NCBI GenBank assembly: GCA_964591325.1
Contig: CAZQAQ010000002.1
Location: forward strand, 9,892 to 61,318
Reading direction: 5' to 3'
DNA length: 51,427 nucleotides
DNA from: an uncultured Candidatus Saccharibacteria bacterium
Lineage (GTDB): Bacteria > Patescibacteriota > Minisyncoccia > Phycocordibacterales > PALSA-1337
Shown: in pieces, positions 29,605 through 39,083 of the stretch
Numbering within the stretch: position 1 is the stretch's first letter
How the letters are laid out: every line of letters begins with the position of its first letter
Translations under genes and position numbers: made by a program
Notes under the pieces: model-generated
What the model was told of the DNA's origin: nothing
Databases searched by the model: none
Seen by the model: the letters and a program-made list of their open reading frames with translations, nothing else

Positions 29605-31245
29605 ATGGCAAAAAAGATTCTATATAATGAAGAAGCAAGAAAAGCTCTAAAAAAGGGAATAGATGCTGTTGCTGATGTTGTAAAAATAACTATTGGTCCA
29701 AGAGGTAGAAATGTAATACTAGATAAAGGTTATGGTACACCCACAATAACAAATGATGGAGTATCTATAGCAAAAGAAATATCTCTAAAAGATAAGTTTG
29801 AAAATATGGGTGCTGAGATAATAAAAGAAGTAGCAGAGAAAACAAATAGTGTTGCAGGTGATGGTACAACAACAGCCACAATACTCACTCAAGCAATCAT
29901 AAATGAAGGAATGAAACAGACAACTATGGGAGTAAATGCTATGGGTTTAAAGTCTGGTATTGAAATGGCTTCAAAAGATGTTGTGACAGCATTGAGATCA
30001 ATTGCTAAGCCAATAAAAACTGATGAAGAGATAAAACAAGTTGCAACTATATCTGCAGAATCAGTAGAACTAGGCACAATCATTGCTGATACAATAAAAA
30101 AGGTTGGTAAAGACGGAGTAGTTACTGTTGAAGAATCCCAATCTACATCGCTAGAATCAGAAATAGTTGAAGGAATGGAATTCGACAAAGGATACATATC
30201 TGCTTATATGATTACAAACCCAGATAGACTGGAAGCAGAAATGAATGATCCATATATTTTGGTAACTGATAAAAGAATATCATCTATAAAAGAGATACTC
30301 CCATTACTTGAATCTATTGCTCAAACTGGAAAGAAGGAATTGGTAATAATTGCAGAAGATGTAGATGGTGAAGCGCTGACAACACTCGTTGTAAATAAAC
30401 TTCGCGGAGCATTTAGCGTTCTTGCAATAAAAGCACCGGGATATGGAGATAAAAAGAAAGAAATACTTTCTGATATTGCTGTAACAATAGGTGCAACTGT
30501 CGTTTCAAGTGATATTGGTATAAAACTTGAAAATGCTGATATTTCTCTTTTGGGTAGAGCCCGAAAAGTTATATCAAAGAAAGACAATACTATAATTGTA
30601 GGTGGCAAGGGTAAAAAAGCTTCGATAGACGAAAGGGTGGCACAGATAAAGAAGCAAAGAGATAATACTGATTCAAAATATGAAAGAGAGAAACTAGATG
30701 AAAGAATAGCAAAACTTTCTCTTGGAGTTGCTGTTATAAGGGTAGGAGCGGCGACTGAAACAGAGATGAAGTATTTGAAATTAAAGATCGAAGATGCTGT
30801 AAATGCAACAAAAGCTGCAATTGAAGAAGGAATAGTTCCTGGAGGTGGAGTTGCACTTATAAAATCTTCAGTTGAAATTACAAAAAATCTTTCACAAAAA
30901 AAGAATATAACAAAAGAGAATGAGCTTGGATACAATATAGTAATAAAAGCTCTAGAAGCTCCACTAAAACAGATTGCTATGAATGTTGGTAAAGAAGATG
31001 GATCTGTAATAGTTGATAAAGTAAAAAATGGTAAAGGGAATTATGGTTATGATGCATTAAAGGATGAATTTGTTTCAGATATGATAGCTTCAGGAATAGT
31101 TGATCCAGTAAAAGTAACAAGGCTAGGAGTTGAGAATGCTTGTTCAGCGGCATCTATACTATTAACAACAGAAGTTGCGGTTGCTGAAGAACCAAAGGAT
31201 GATAAGTCTTCAAATCAGAATCAGGCTTCAGATATGGGGTATTAA
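29605..31245 (+). CDS. groEL: Chaperonin GroEL
   Basis: MAKKILYNEEARKAL..., GDGTTTATIL, AAIEEGIVPGGG. Start taken at the ATG at 29605 rather than the listed 29548. Confidence 0.97.
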   Translation: MAKKILYNEEARKALKKGIDAVADVVKITIGPRGRNVILDKGYGTPTITNDGVSIAKEISLKDKFENMGAEIIKEVAEKTNSVAGDGTTTATILTQAIINEGMKQTTMGVNAMGLKSGIEMASKDVVTALRSIAKPIKTDEEIKQVATISAESVELGTIIADTIKKVGKDGVVTVEESQSTSLESEIVEGMEFDKGYISAYMITNPDRLEAEMNDPYILVTDKRISSIKEILPLLESIAQTGKKELVIIAEDVDGEALTTLVVNKLRGAFSVLAIKAPGYGDKKKEILSDIAVTIGATVVSSDIGIKLENADISLLGRARKVISKKDNTIIVGGKGKKASIDERVAQIKKQRDNTDSKYEREKLDERIAKLSLGVAVIRVGAATETEMKYLKLKIEDAVNATKAAIEEGIVPGGGVALIKSSVEITKNLSQKKNITKENELGYNIVIKALEAPLKQIAMNVGKEDGSVIVDKVKNGKGNYGYDALKDEFVSDMIASGIVDPVKVTRLGVENACSAASILLTTEVAVAEEPKDDKSSNQNQASDMGY

Positions 31246-31322
31246 AATACCTATAAAAAGTTGATTTTGTGATATAATGAGATTATTATACCTATATAAA
31301 AGGTAATTAGTATTAAATATAT

Positions 31323-31994
31323 ATGAAAAAATCAATAACAATAATAGTGCTTCTTGTAGTTGTGGGTGGTTTGGCTTGGCTATTGGGCGGTGATAAGAAA
31401 AAGACAGATCTACCACCAGGAGATACAAGTCCTACAGTTTCTGCTCCAGTAGTAGAAAATACAAAGGTAAGTGATAAGCTTTCAGAATATAAAAATGAAG
31501 AATTGGGATACTCAGTAAAATACCCATCTACATGGACATTGTCAGACAAAGAGGGTGTGGTTTCATTTGCAATACCAGTAGGAAAGTCAGATACAAGTAC
31601 AGTTAACAAACTAGAAGCAAAAATAACTTTTGCTCCTGGAAAGTGTTCTTTCCCTCCAGTTACAACAATAAAGGATAGAACAACATTGAAGTCAGGTGAT
31701 CTAACATTTAGCGCAATATCAATGACAAATTCTGTACAAGGTAAATCTTATTTCGATAAGATGTATTCTCTACAGAAAGATAGCGTATGTTATTTCTTTA
31801 GCCTATCTACAATCACAGATAGTCCAGCTTCAAAGGGTCTAAAGGGTTCAGAAGCTACAAAGATGGCAAATAACAATAAAGCAATTATCGATGGAACAAC
31901 AGAAGCATTCACTTCTCTTGTAAAATCTTTTGCTTTCGTAGTTGGTAAAGAAGGACAAGATGAAGCTTCAGTAAGACCAGCAACAACAAAATAA
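31323..31994 (+). CDS. Hypothetical membrane-anchored or secreted protein
   Basis: N-terminal anchor ITIIVLLVVVGGLAWLL. 223 aa. No motif recognised. Confidence 0.6.
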   Translation: MKKSITIIVLLVVVGGLAWLLGGDKKKTDLPPGDTSPTVSAPVVENTKVSDKLSEYKNEELGYSVKYPSTWTLSDKEGVVSFAIPVGKSDTSTVNKLEAKITFAPGKCSFPPVTTIKDRTTLKSGDLTFSAISMTNSVQGKSYFDKMYSLQKDSVCYFFSLSTITDSPASKGLKGSEATKMANNNKAIIDGTTEAFTSLVKSFAFVVGKEGQDEASVRPATTK

Positions 31995-32001
31995 ATATAT
32001 A

Positions 32002-32556
32002 ATGAAAAAACTAATTGCTATTATAATAGTAGTTGTTGTAATACTTGGAGTATATGCAACTACTACATATAACTCACTTGTAAATCTTAGTGTATCAGCT
32101 GATACACAATGGAAGCAGGTTGAAGTAGATTATCAGAGACGTTTTGATCTTATTCCAAATCTAGTTGCTTCAGCAAAAGGAGTAATGAAACAAGAAGTTG
32201 CTGTATTTACAGCTATTGCAGATGCAAGAACAAAATATTCTGGAGCAAGTACAGTAGATGAAAAAGCTCGTGCAGCAGGACAAGTAGAAAGTGCCCTAGG
32301 AAGACTTCTAGTTATTACAGAAAATTATCCTGAATTAAAATCTTCAAATACAGTAAATAACCTAATGTCACAACTTGAAGGTACAGAAAATAGAATAAGC
32401 GTACAAAGAATGAGATTCAATGAAGTTGTAAAGTCTTATAACCTTAAGGTTATGAGATTCCCAAGCTCAATAATTGCAAAGATATTTGGTTTTGGCGAAA
32501 GATCATACTTCAATTCTGAAGCGGGTTCAGACAAGGCTCCAGTTGTAAGTCTATAA
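32002..32556 (+). CDS. lemA: LemA family protein
   Basis: N-terminal TM then YNSLV...W.QVE..YQRR.DLIPNLV pattern. Confidence 0.85.
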   Translation: MKKLIAIIIVVVVILGVYATTTYNSLVNLSVSADTQWKQVEVDYQRRFDLIPNLVASAKGVMKQEVAVFTAIADARTKYSGASTVDEKARAAGQVESALGRLLVITENYPELKSSNTVNNLMSQLEGTENRISVQRMRFNEVVKSYNLKVMRFPSSIIAKIFGFGERSYFNSEAGSDKAPVVSL

Positions 32557-32562
32557 ATAAAA

Positions 32563-33474
32563 ATGAAAAATACTGCTTTAAAGTCTAGTTATTTATATAG
32601 ACTAAGCAGTATTTTCATTTTATATATATTATTTTTAATTCCTGTATTTACTTTCGCTTTTACAAATCCAGGTAAACCAAAAGGATTCGTAAATGATTTT
32701 GCAAATATTTTAAATGAAAATACAAAATCAAATCTAGAATTAAAATTAAATCAATACGAAAAACAAACAGGCAATGAAATATCAGTTGTTACTGTAAAAT
32801 CACTAGAAGATGAAACTATAGAGACATATGCAGTAAAACTGTTTGAAGTGTGGGGTATAGGTAAAAAAGGTGCTGATAATGGTGCATTGTTGCTCGTGGC
32901 ACCAAATGAAAGAAAAGTTAGGATTGAAGTGGGTTATGGTTTGGAAGGTTACCTTACTGATATAAACTCAAGTGTAATAATACAAGATTATATTTTACCT
33001 GAATTTAAAAAGGGAAACTATGATACTGGTGTAATAGCTGGGGTTGATAAAATGATATCAGTCATCGGTGGGGAAAGACTTTCTCAATCAACACCTTTAG
33101 TAAAAGATATAAAGTATATGATCTTTAAGGATTGGATATTTTTCCTATTTTTTGTACCACTTTGGCTCGCTAGTGTGCTTGGTGCAAGTAAATCTTGGTG
33201 GGCAGGTGGAGTGCTGGGTGGGTTTATAGGTATTTTAATTGGTTTTATAAATCAATCTTTTGCTAAGGGTTTAATATATACTATTTTATTTATCATCGGA
33301 GGATTAATATTTGATTATATATTTTCTAAAATGTATAAAAATAGTATGGATAAAAATGGTAGGGCTCCTTGGTTTTTTATGAATAGTAGAGGTGGAGGCG
33401 GTAGCGGTGGTGGAGGTTTTGGAGGATTTGGCGGGGGTGGTTCTGGTGGTGGGGGAAGTAGTGGTAGTTGGTAA
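32563..33474 (+). CDS. TPM-domain (YgcG-like) membrane protein with a Gly-rich tail
   Basis: VNDFANILN...QTGNEISVVTVKSL TPM pattern, TM segments, and a C-terminal GGGGSGGGGFGGFGGGGSGGGGSS tail. Typical partner of lemA. Confidence 0.8.
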   Translation: MKNTALKSSYLYRLSSIFILYILFLIPVFTFAFTNPGKPKGFVNDFANILNENTKSNLELKLNQYEKQTGNEISVVTVKSLEDETIETYAVKLFEVWGIGKKGADNGALLLVAPNERKVRIEVGYGLEGYLTDINSSVIIQDYILPEFKKGNYDTGVIAGVDKMISVIGGERLSQSTPLVKDIKYMIFKDWIFFLFFVPLWLASVLGASKSWWAGGVLGGFIGILIGFINQSFAKGLIYTILFIIGGLIFDYIFSKMYKNSMDKNGRAPWFFMNSRGGGGSGGGGFGGFGGGGSGGGGSSGSW

Positions 33475-33499
33475 AAGAGAATATTGGTATAATATTCTC

Positions 33500-35062
33500 A
33501 TGACTCCAGAGCTCCATCTTATATTGCATAATGCTGGCTTTATTGCATCATCGGTTGCTGGTATTGGGATGGCACTGTACTGTTTTTTAAATAATCCAAA
33601 TAGAGTTGCAAACATTACTCTTGCTCTTACTATGCTCGCAATCACTACTTTTTGTATTTCACATTTATTTGGAGTAAATACTCATGACCCTATTGAATCT
33701 AGAAATATATTGATGTTTAATGTGAGTATAATATACACAGCATTATTTAACTTACACTGTGTACTAGCTCTACTTGGAAAAGATAAAGAGAGAAAAAATA
33801 TTTTGATTTTTATATATACAGTTTCTATAGCACTTACAGCATTTTATATAATAAATCCAGATAATTTTCTTTATCTTTCTATTCCAAAAATGTATTTCCC
33901 AAACTATTATGTTCCGGGGGAATTTCATTGGGTAATGAGGCTTATATTTAACATTGTTATTCCAATATATTTCTTTACTGAACTTGTACTTTCTTATAGA
34001 AAAGCCAGTGATGTTATAGAAAGAAATCGTATATGGTATTTCTTTTTTGCAGCAATAGTTGGCTATATTTTGGGCTCAATTCCTATACTTCTTGTATTTA
34101 ATATAAATATTGATCCTGCATGGGGAAGTCTCTTTATATTTTTCTTGGCTATACCTTACGTATATGCAACGGTAAGGTATGAACTTATGGATATAAGAAT
34201 AGTTGCAAAGAAAGCATTTTTCTACGCTATTTCTATAGCATCTGTTGGTGGTCTTATAATATTCTTTAATTATTTTGGTGAATGGTTAAAGATAAATTAT
34301 ACAGATATTCCATTTTGGATCAGTCCACTCATTTCATCTGTTCTCATTGTTCTTATAACCGTCATAGTCTGGAGACAGTTGAGACAAGGTGATGTGCTTA
34401 AATCTGAATTTATTCATATAGTCATGCATAAATTCAGAACTCCACTTACTAGGATAAAGTGGGCTTCAGATGAACTTTCAAAAGAAAAACTTTCCGAATC
34501 TGCATATTCAGAACTTGAACATATAAAGCTTGCAAATACAAAGCTTGTCGAACTTACAAATCTTCTTGTGAATGTAGATGAAGCTGATGGTGTTCATACA
34601 TATAGAATAGAAAATAAAAACTTATCTATTATTACGGAAGAATTGATAAATTCACTATCACATCAATTTAAAGATAAGAATATAAAACTAATCCATGATA
34701 TGGATAATGATGTGATGGCAAAATTTGATGAAGAGAGAATAAAATTTGTCATGCAGGTGTTTATCGAGAACGCTATAAATTATTCAAATAAAGATAGTGA
34801 AATAAAAGTTGAATTAAAAAAAGAGACAAATAAAGTCTTATTCTCAGTGTCAGATAAAGGTATGGGTATATCAAAAGAAGAAATAAATTTTATATTTACA
34901 AAGTTTTATAGAGGAAATGGTGCGCAAAGCAGAGATACAGAGGGTATGGGTATAGGATTATTTATTTCAAAAAAGATAATAGAGAATCATAGTGGTGATA
35001 TAGGGGTAGATTCTGATGGTGTAGGTAAGGGAAGTAAATTTTATTTCAGTTTACCTATTTAG
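33500..35062 (+). CDS. Orphan multi-TM sensor histidine kinase
   Basis: Likely start is the ATG at 33500 (MTPELHL...). The upstream part of the listed ORF is an out-of-frame read of the Gly-rich tail. H-box HKFRTPLT, G-boxes DKGMGI and GMGIGL. Confidence 0.8.
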   Translation: MTPELHLILHNAGFIASSVAGIGMALYCFLNNPNRVANITLALTMLAITTFCISHLFGVNTHDPIESRNILMFNVSIIYTALFNLHCVLALLGKDKERKNILIFIYTVSIALTAFYIINPDNFLYLSIPKMYFPNYYVPGEFHWVMRLIFNIVIPIYFFTELVLSYRKASDVIERNRIWYFFFAAIVGYILGSIPILLVFNINIDPAWGSLFIFFLAIPYVYATVRYELMDIRIVAKKAFFYAISIASVGGLIIFFNYFGEWLKINYTDIPFWISPLISSVLIVLITVIVWRQLRQGDVLKSEFIHIVMHKFRTPLTRIKWASDELSKEKLSESAYSELEHIKLANTKLVELTNLLVNVDEADGVHTYRIENKNLSIITEELINSLSHQFKDKNIKLIHDMDNDVMAKFDEERIKFVMQVFIENAINYSNKDSEIKVELKKETNKVLFSVSDKGMGISKEEINFIFTKFYRGNGAQSRDTEGMGIGLFISKKIIENHSGDIGVDSDGVGKGSKFYFSLPI

Positions 35063-36094
35063 TATAAATTCTTTTTCTTTACCAAGGATATTTAGTGTTT
35101 TATTGGTATCTGTTTCATTTGAAATGCTCAATACTGTATATTCTGAACTTAAAGGTATTATATTGAATCTTTGTTCTTTTGAATCAATATTCAATTCCAC
35201 TGCAAAGCTGTGTTTTGTTTCATAAGAGAAATCTTGATCAAAAACAAAGTTACCTAGAGAATAAAATATTGCTTTGTTTCTATAAATTTCTATTGGTTGT
35301 ATTACGTGTGGGTGAGCACCTATCACAAGATCTGCTCCAGTATCTATAAATTTATGTGCAAGCTCGATTTGTCTTTCTGATGCATAATTTTTATACTCAT
35401 TACCCCAATGTGCAAATATTATTTGGTAATTACAACTATCTCTAGTATTTTTTATTTCATCTAGTATTGGATTTTCATTAAAAGTGTATAGATCGTGATA
35501 GCCTATAAAACATATTTTATTATTATTTACTTCAATTGATTCTGATATATTCTCATTATTATATGCAGAACCAAAATATTTTAAATTAGCATTTGAAAGA
35601 TTTGATATTGTCTCGTCGTAACCAGTTTTATAGAAATCCATACTGTGGTTATTTGCTAAGCTAAATATTGTAAAACCAATATCTTTTAGTTTGGTAGCGT
35701 ATTCTTTATTGAATGTAAATCTAAGAATATTGTGATCAACTTCTGATATAGAAGGGTTGTTTGTTATATTTCCTTCGAGATTTCCAACGACTATATCTTT
35801 GTTTTTGAATATTTGATGTATATCTTTAAATATCGTGTCAAAACCATTTTTTCTTATTCTACGTGCAACATTTCTATCAAGCATTATGTCACCAACAAAG
35901 AGTATTGATATTGATTTTTCTTTTACTTCCTCTTTCCTATCTTCATTTGGTAGAGTGGTGCTTGCTTCGTATATAGTTATTTCATTTTTATTATATATGT
36001 AATCGTTTTTGTTATATACACTATAAATATAGTATGTTCCGTATATTAAACATAAAGTTATGAGTAATAGGTTGGCAAAAGTTTTTGTATTCAC
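35051..36094 (-). CDS. CapA/PgsA-family metallophosphatase-like protein
   Basis: N-terminal TM. ILFVGDIMLDR, SLANNHSMDF, FAHWGNEY, GAHPHVIQP. Confidence 0.8.
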   Translation of the reverse strand: MNTKTFANLLLITLCLIYGTYYIYSVYNKNDYIYNKNEITIYEASTTLPNEDRKEEVKEKSISILFVGDIMLDRNVARRIRKNGFDTIFKDIHQIFKNKDIVVGNLEGNITNNPSISEVDHNILRFTFNKEYATKLKDIGFTIFSLANNHSMDFYKTGYDETISNLSNANLKYFGSAYNNENISESIEVNNNKICFIGYHDLYTFNENPILDEIKNTRDSCNYQIIFAHWGNEYKNYASERQIELAHKFIDTGADLVIGAHPHVIQPIEIYRNKAIFYSLGNFVFDQDFSYETKHSFAVELNIDSKEQRFNIIPLSSEYTVLSISNETDTNKTLNILGKEKEFILNR

Positions 36095-36184
36095 ATATAA
36101 ATGTTAGCATTTATATTACACGGTGGACAGATTTATAATATTGGTTTATAGTCTTCAGTCGATAGCAACAAATGGAGGTTTATT

Positions 36185-36490
36185 ATGACGAAAGCCAGAA
36201 TCATTATTCCACCAAGGTCTTCACATCCAGCCTGGGTGGTTGCCTGTTTCATTGGGGTGAATTGTCATGTCAAACAAATTGGCCCAGTTACCAAGCCTGA
36301 CGGAGGTCGATCTGTTATTGACTATGTCAGCTTTGATCGAAGGGAAGTGATGACCCAGATCTTCGCTTCTGGTCCTGAGGGTCGGAATGCGGTTAATTGG
36401 CTCAGTCAGAATACTACATGGGATTCGCTCGATCGGGTGATATTCCCAGTGACTTGTATTCAGGACACAAGTTACGAGAGTGAGTTATAA
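36185..36490 (+). CDS. Hypothetical protein in the G+C-rich island
   Basis: GGAGG SD 7 nt upstream of the ATG and a strong terminator downstream. About 50% G+C in the first 60 nt, against about 23% in a 60-nt sample of the adjacent CapA gene. No motif recognised. Confidence 0.5.
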   Translation: MTKARIIIPPRSSHPAWVVACFIGVNCHVKQIGPVTKPDGGRSVIDYVSFDRREVMTQIFASGPEGRNAVNWLSQNTTWDSLDRVIFPVTCIQDTSYESEL

Positions 36491-36498
36491 TTTTTTTC

Positions 36499-36545
36499 AG
36501 ACCGTCACGAAATGTGTCATCACACAGCGTGACGGTTTTTTATTT
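36499..36545 (+). terminator. Rho-independent terminator
   Basis: ACCGTCACG-18 nt-CGTGACGGT followed by TTTTTT. Confidence 0.7.
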
Positions 36546-36726
36546 TAATTAGGGATTCATCGACTAAAACTGCGCTGTTAAGGGCATCGTGAGTTCAGTG
36601 AAATAGCAGTGATACAATGTAAGGCCATATTAGTATGTTTTCATGATTTAGAATTAGGCATGTGGGCTGGACAAAGTTGGACATATTGTGATAATTATGT
36701 TATTCTCTAAGGAGAAAGGAAACCGC

Positions 36727-37083
36727 ATGGAAAGCCAACCTTGGAACGCTCGTACTATAGTTTCAACTGAAATATCTGACACTGAATGGGAAAAGTTGTT
36801 TTCTGTAACTCCGGAAAACAAGAAGTATTTACTGAGGACATTAAGAGTCTCGAAAAATGCCCCTGTGGAGTGGAATGTATTCTGTGAAGCAAAACAAGCT
36901 TCTTTAGTGGACTCCGGTGTAAAGAAAGTCTCTCGAGCTGATATTTTTCAAGATATAAATGGTCTCAAAGCTATTTTTCGGCAACGGAAACTGTCTTTTG
37001 CAATTCGAGTCACCGAGGGTATATACTCCCGAAATTCAAAATATCAGATGTGCAAGGTAAAACCGAAGGCTCTGCAACAATAA
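36727..37083 (+). CDS. Hypothetical protein in the G+C-rich island
   Basis: AAGGAG SD upstream of the ATG at 36727 (MESQPWNART...). 118 aa. No motif recognised. Confidence 0.45.
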   Translation: MESQPWNARTIVSTEISDTEWEKLFSVTPENKKYLLRTLRVSKNAPVEWNVFCEAKQASLVDSGVKKVSRADIFQDINGLKAIFRQRKLSFAIRVTEGIYSRNSKYQMCKVKPKALQQ

Positions 37084-37146
37084 TGCAGGGTCTTCTTTTT
37101 ATAACTTATTTAAGTTCGTGGGTCGCTCTCGGGGCGCTATATTCTA

Positions 37147-37170
37147 TAGAGAGAAAGGAATTCGGTCACA
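37147..37170 (-). repeat. Decayed copy of the tRNA-Ser 3' end (possible att-site remnant)
   Basis: GAGAGAAAGGAATTCGGTC versus GAGAGAAAGGGATTCGAAC in the tRNA-Ser gene (37315-37333): 16 of 19 identical, same orientation, about 140 nt beyond the tRNA 3' end. It cannot fold as a T arm. Confidence 0.45.
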
Positions 37171-37308
37171 GATAATTTCCTCGCCGTCGCTTGGAAATTT
37201 CTGCGATTCCGGCTCGCGGCCTCGCATACTTGCTCGGCTCGCTCCGCCTTTCTCATCCCATTCTCACTCGAAGCTAACTTCACCGAGCTGTGCTCGGTTC
37301 AGTTATCT

Positions 37309-37398
37309 TGGCGGAGAGAAAGGGATTCGAACCCTTGATACCATTTCTGATATACAACCTTTCCAGGGTTGCCCATTCGACCGCTCTGGCATCTCTCC
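37309..37398 (-). tRNA. tRNA-Ser (anticodon GGA) with encoded CCA
   Basis: Reverse complement: GGAGAGA-TG-GCC-AGAGCGGTCGAAT-GGC-A-ACCCT... The anticodon arm CAACC-CTGGAAA-GGTTG is clear, as are the long variable arm TATATCAGAAATGGTATC, T arm AAGGG-TTCGAAT-CCCTT, acceptor TCTCTCC-G and CCA. D-arm boundaries are approximate. Confidence 0.9.
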
Positions 37399-37564
37399 AT
37401 ATATTGACCTTAACTTAACACTTTTAAATTAACAAAAACTAATTTTACATATCTAAATAGATATTGTCTACAAAATATTTTATTAAAATTTTATCTTTTA
37501 TTTAATAGTTCTTTATTTCCGTATGTGAATATTTGCCTATTACAGATAAAAAATAAATGGTAAT

Positions 37565-37771
37565 ATGCATATTAAGTTCACATATCATTCAATAGAGAGA
37601 TCAAATTCCAGAGAGATATCTATTGAGGAAATTAAAAAAGTAGTATTGTCTCCAGATAGTATAGTATTATCAAACGATTTGTATATCTGTAAGAAGAGGA
37701 TTGATAAAAGAATATTAACCGTCGTTTATAGAAAAATTATTAATACAGCAATTATTATTACAACTTATTAA
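37565..37771 (+). CDS. DUF4258-like small protein (putative toxin)
   Basis: 68 aa. FTYHSIERSNSREISIEEIKKVV resembles the H-A-x-E-R...I-s-x-e-E-v N-terminus of DUF4258 proteins, as recalled. A partner gene is 3 nt downstream. Confidence 0.5.
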   Translation: MHIKFTYHSIERSNSREISIEEIKKVVLSPDSIVLSNDLYICKKRIDKRILTVVYRKIINTAIIITTY

Positions 37772-37774
37772 AAC

Positions 37775-37987
37775 ATGAAAATAAAATATGATAGTTTGGC
37801 ACAAGCAGTTTATATGGGATCAAAGAAGAAAAAGATCAGCAAAACATTGTGTATCGACAATGAATTTATTGTTGATATAGGTACAAAAGGGGATATTGTT
37901 GGTATTGAAATTTTAAACGTTAAGGGAAAATCATTATCCAGTAGTATAAACAAGATCATAAAAAATAATAAGAAAGTAATAGCTTAG
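37775..37987 (+). CDS. DUF2283-like small protein (putative antitoxin)
   Basis: MKIKYDSLAQAVYM...GDIVGIEILNVKG matches the DUF2283 pattern (Y-D-x-x-x-D-A-x-Y ... G-x-I-V-G-I-E-I-L). Confidence 0.55.
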   Translation: MKIKYDSLAQAVYMGSKKKKISKTLCIDNEFIVDIGTKGDIVGIEILNVKGKSLSSSINKIIKNNKKVIA

Positions 37988-38030
37988 TTTGTGAATTTGT
38001 GATTGCTTAAAACTGTGTTATAGTAAATAC

Positions 38031-39074
38031 ATGAACGTTCAATCCTCACATTACTTTTTTACCGGTTTATTACTCTCTGTAGCTGTTTTGGTAGTTTTGA
38101 TCTTCCTACCTTTCTTAACACCTATCATCATAGCTATGGCTCTTTCAGTTATATTCGGTAAATTCCATAGTTATTTATTAAAAAAGTTTTTTAAGAATAA
38201 AGAGAGAAGTATATACGGTGCTCTACTTTCTACTTTTATCATAGCAATTATTGTTCTTATACCATCAATATTCATAGTAGGTAAAATATATAATGAAATT
38301 CAAGATACATATTTTTATTTTACTGAAGAGACAAATCAATCTAGTGTCGTTAAATTATTAAATGAAACTAGCGCATGGATATCTACAAAATTCTTCGATA
38401 TTTATCCTACATACTCATTTGAGACTATAAACATTACAGAATATATACAAAGGGGACTAGAATGGTCTTTCTCACACGTAGATACACTATTTAGTAGTTT
38501 GAGTAAGATAATAGTTGGTATATTTATTACATTCTTATCACTATTTTATTTCTTTAGAGATGGAAAGGAATTAAAGCGACAAGTGATCGCTCTTAGTCCT
38601 CTTGGAGATACTAATGATGAAAGAATACTGAATAAACTTGAACAAGCTATTTATTCTATAGTTGGAGGTAGCCTATTGGTCGGTCTTATACAGGGTATAC
38701 TTACAGGTATCGGCTTTCTAATATTTGGTGTTCCAAACCCAGCAGTATGGGGAGCTACAGCAGCAATTGCTGCTCTGGTGCCAGGTATTGGTACATCTCT
38801 AGTTTTGGTTCCTGGAATACTGTATCTATTCTTCACTGGTGCAACTGGTCACGCAGTAGGATTGTTAATATGGGGACTTCTTGCGGTTGGACTTATCGAT
38901 AACGTGCTTGGACCGATACTTATAAATAAAGGTATAGATGTTCACCCACTTATCATTTTGCTTTCTGTACTTGGAGGATTGGTATTCTTTGGTGCTATAG
39001 GTTTTATACTAGGACCACTCACACTTGCATTTTTCTTCGCTCTACTAGATATTTATAGAACTTCCAAATTATAA
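38031..39074 (+). CDS. AI-2E family (PerM/YhhT-type) transporter
   Basis: 347 aa, about 8 TM. The Gly-rich C-terminal half (GGSLLVGLIQGILTGIGF...VPGIGT) is typical of UPF0118. Confidence 0.75.
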   Translation: MNVQSSHYFFTGLLLSVAVLVVLIFLPFLTPIIIAMALSVIFGKFHSYLLKKFFKNKERSIYGALLSTFIIAIIVLIPSIFIVGKIYNEIQDTYFYFTEETNQSSVVKLLNETSAWISTKFFDIYPTYSFETINITEYIQRGLEWSFSHVDTLFSSLSKIIVGIFITFLSLFYFFRDGKELKRQVIALSPLGDTNDERILNKLEQAIYSIVGGSLLVGLIQGILTGIGFLIFGVPNPAVWGATAAIAALVPGIGTSLVLVPGILYLFFTGATGHAVGLLIWGLLAVGLIDNVLGPILINKGIDVHPLIILLSVLGGLVFFGAIGFILGPLTLAFFFALLDIYRTSKL

Positions 39075-39083
39075 TCAAATACA

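Noticed and set aside
29889-30935. Minus-strand ORFs 29889-30197 and 30321-30935
   Set aside because: They are antisense to groEL, whose identity is unambiguous.
33304-33645. Minus-strand ORF 33304-33645 and the first 36 codons of listed ORF 33392-35062
   Set aside because: These are alternative-frame readings of the GGT/GGA-rich Gly tail of the TPM protein. The kinase most plausibly starts at the ATG at 33500.
37118-37432. Listed 104-aa plus-strand ORF
   Set aside because: It runs antisense across the tRNA-Ser gene and the G+C-rich spacer. The open frame is explained by low stop-codon density in G+C-rich DNA.
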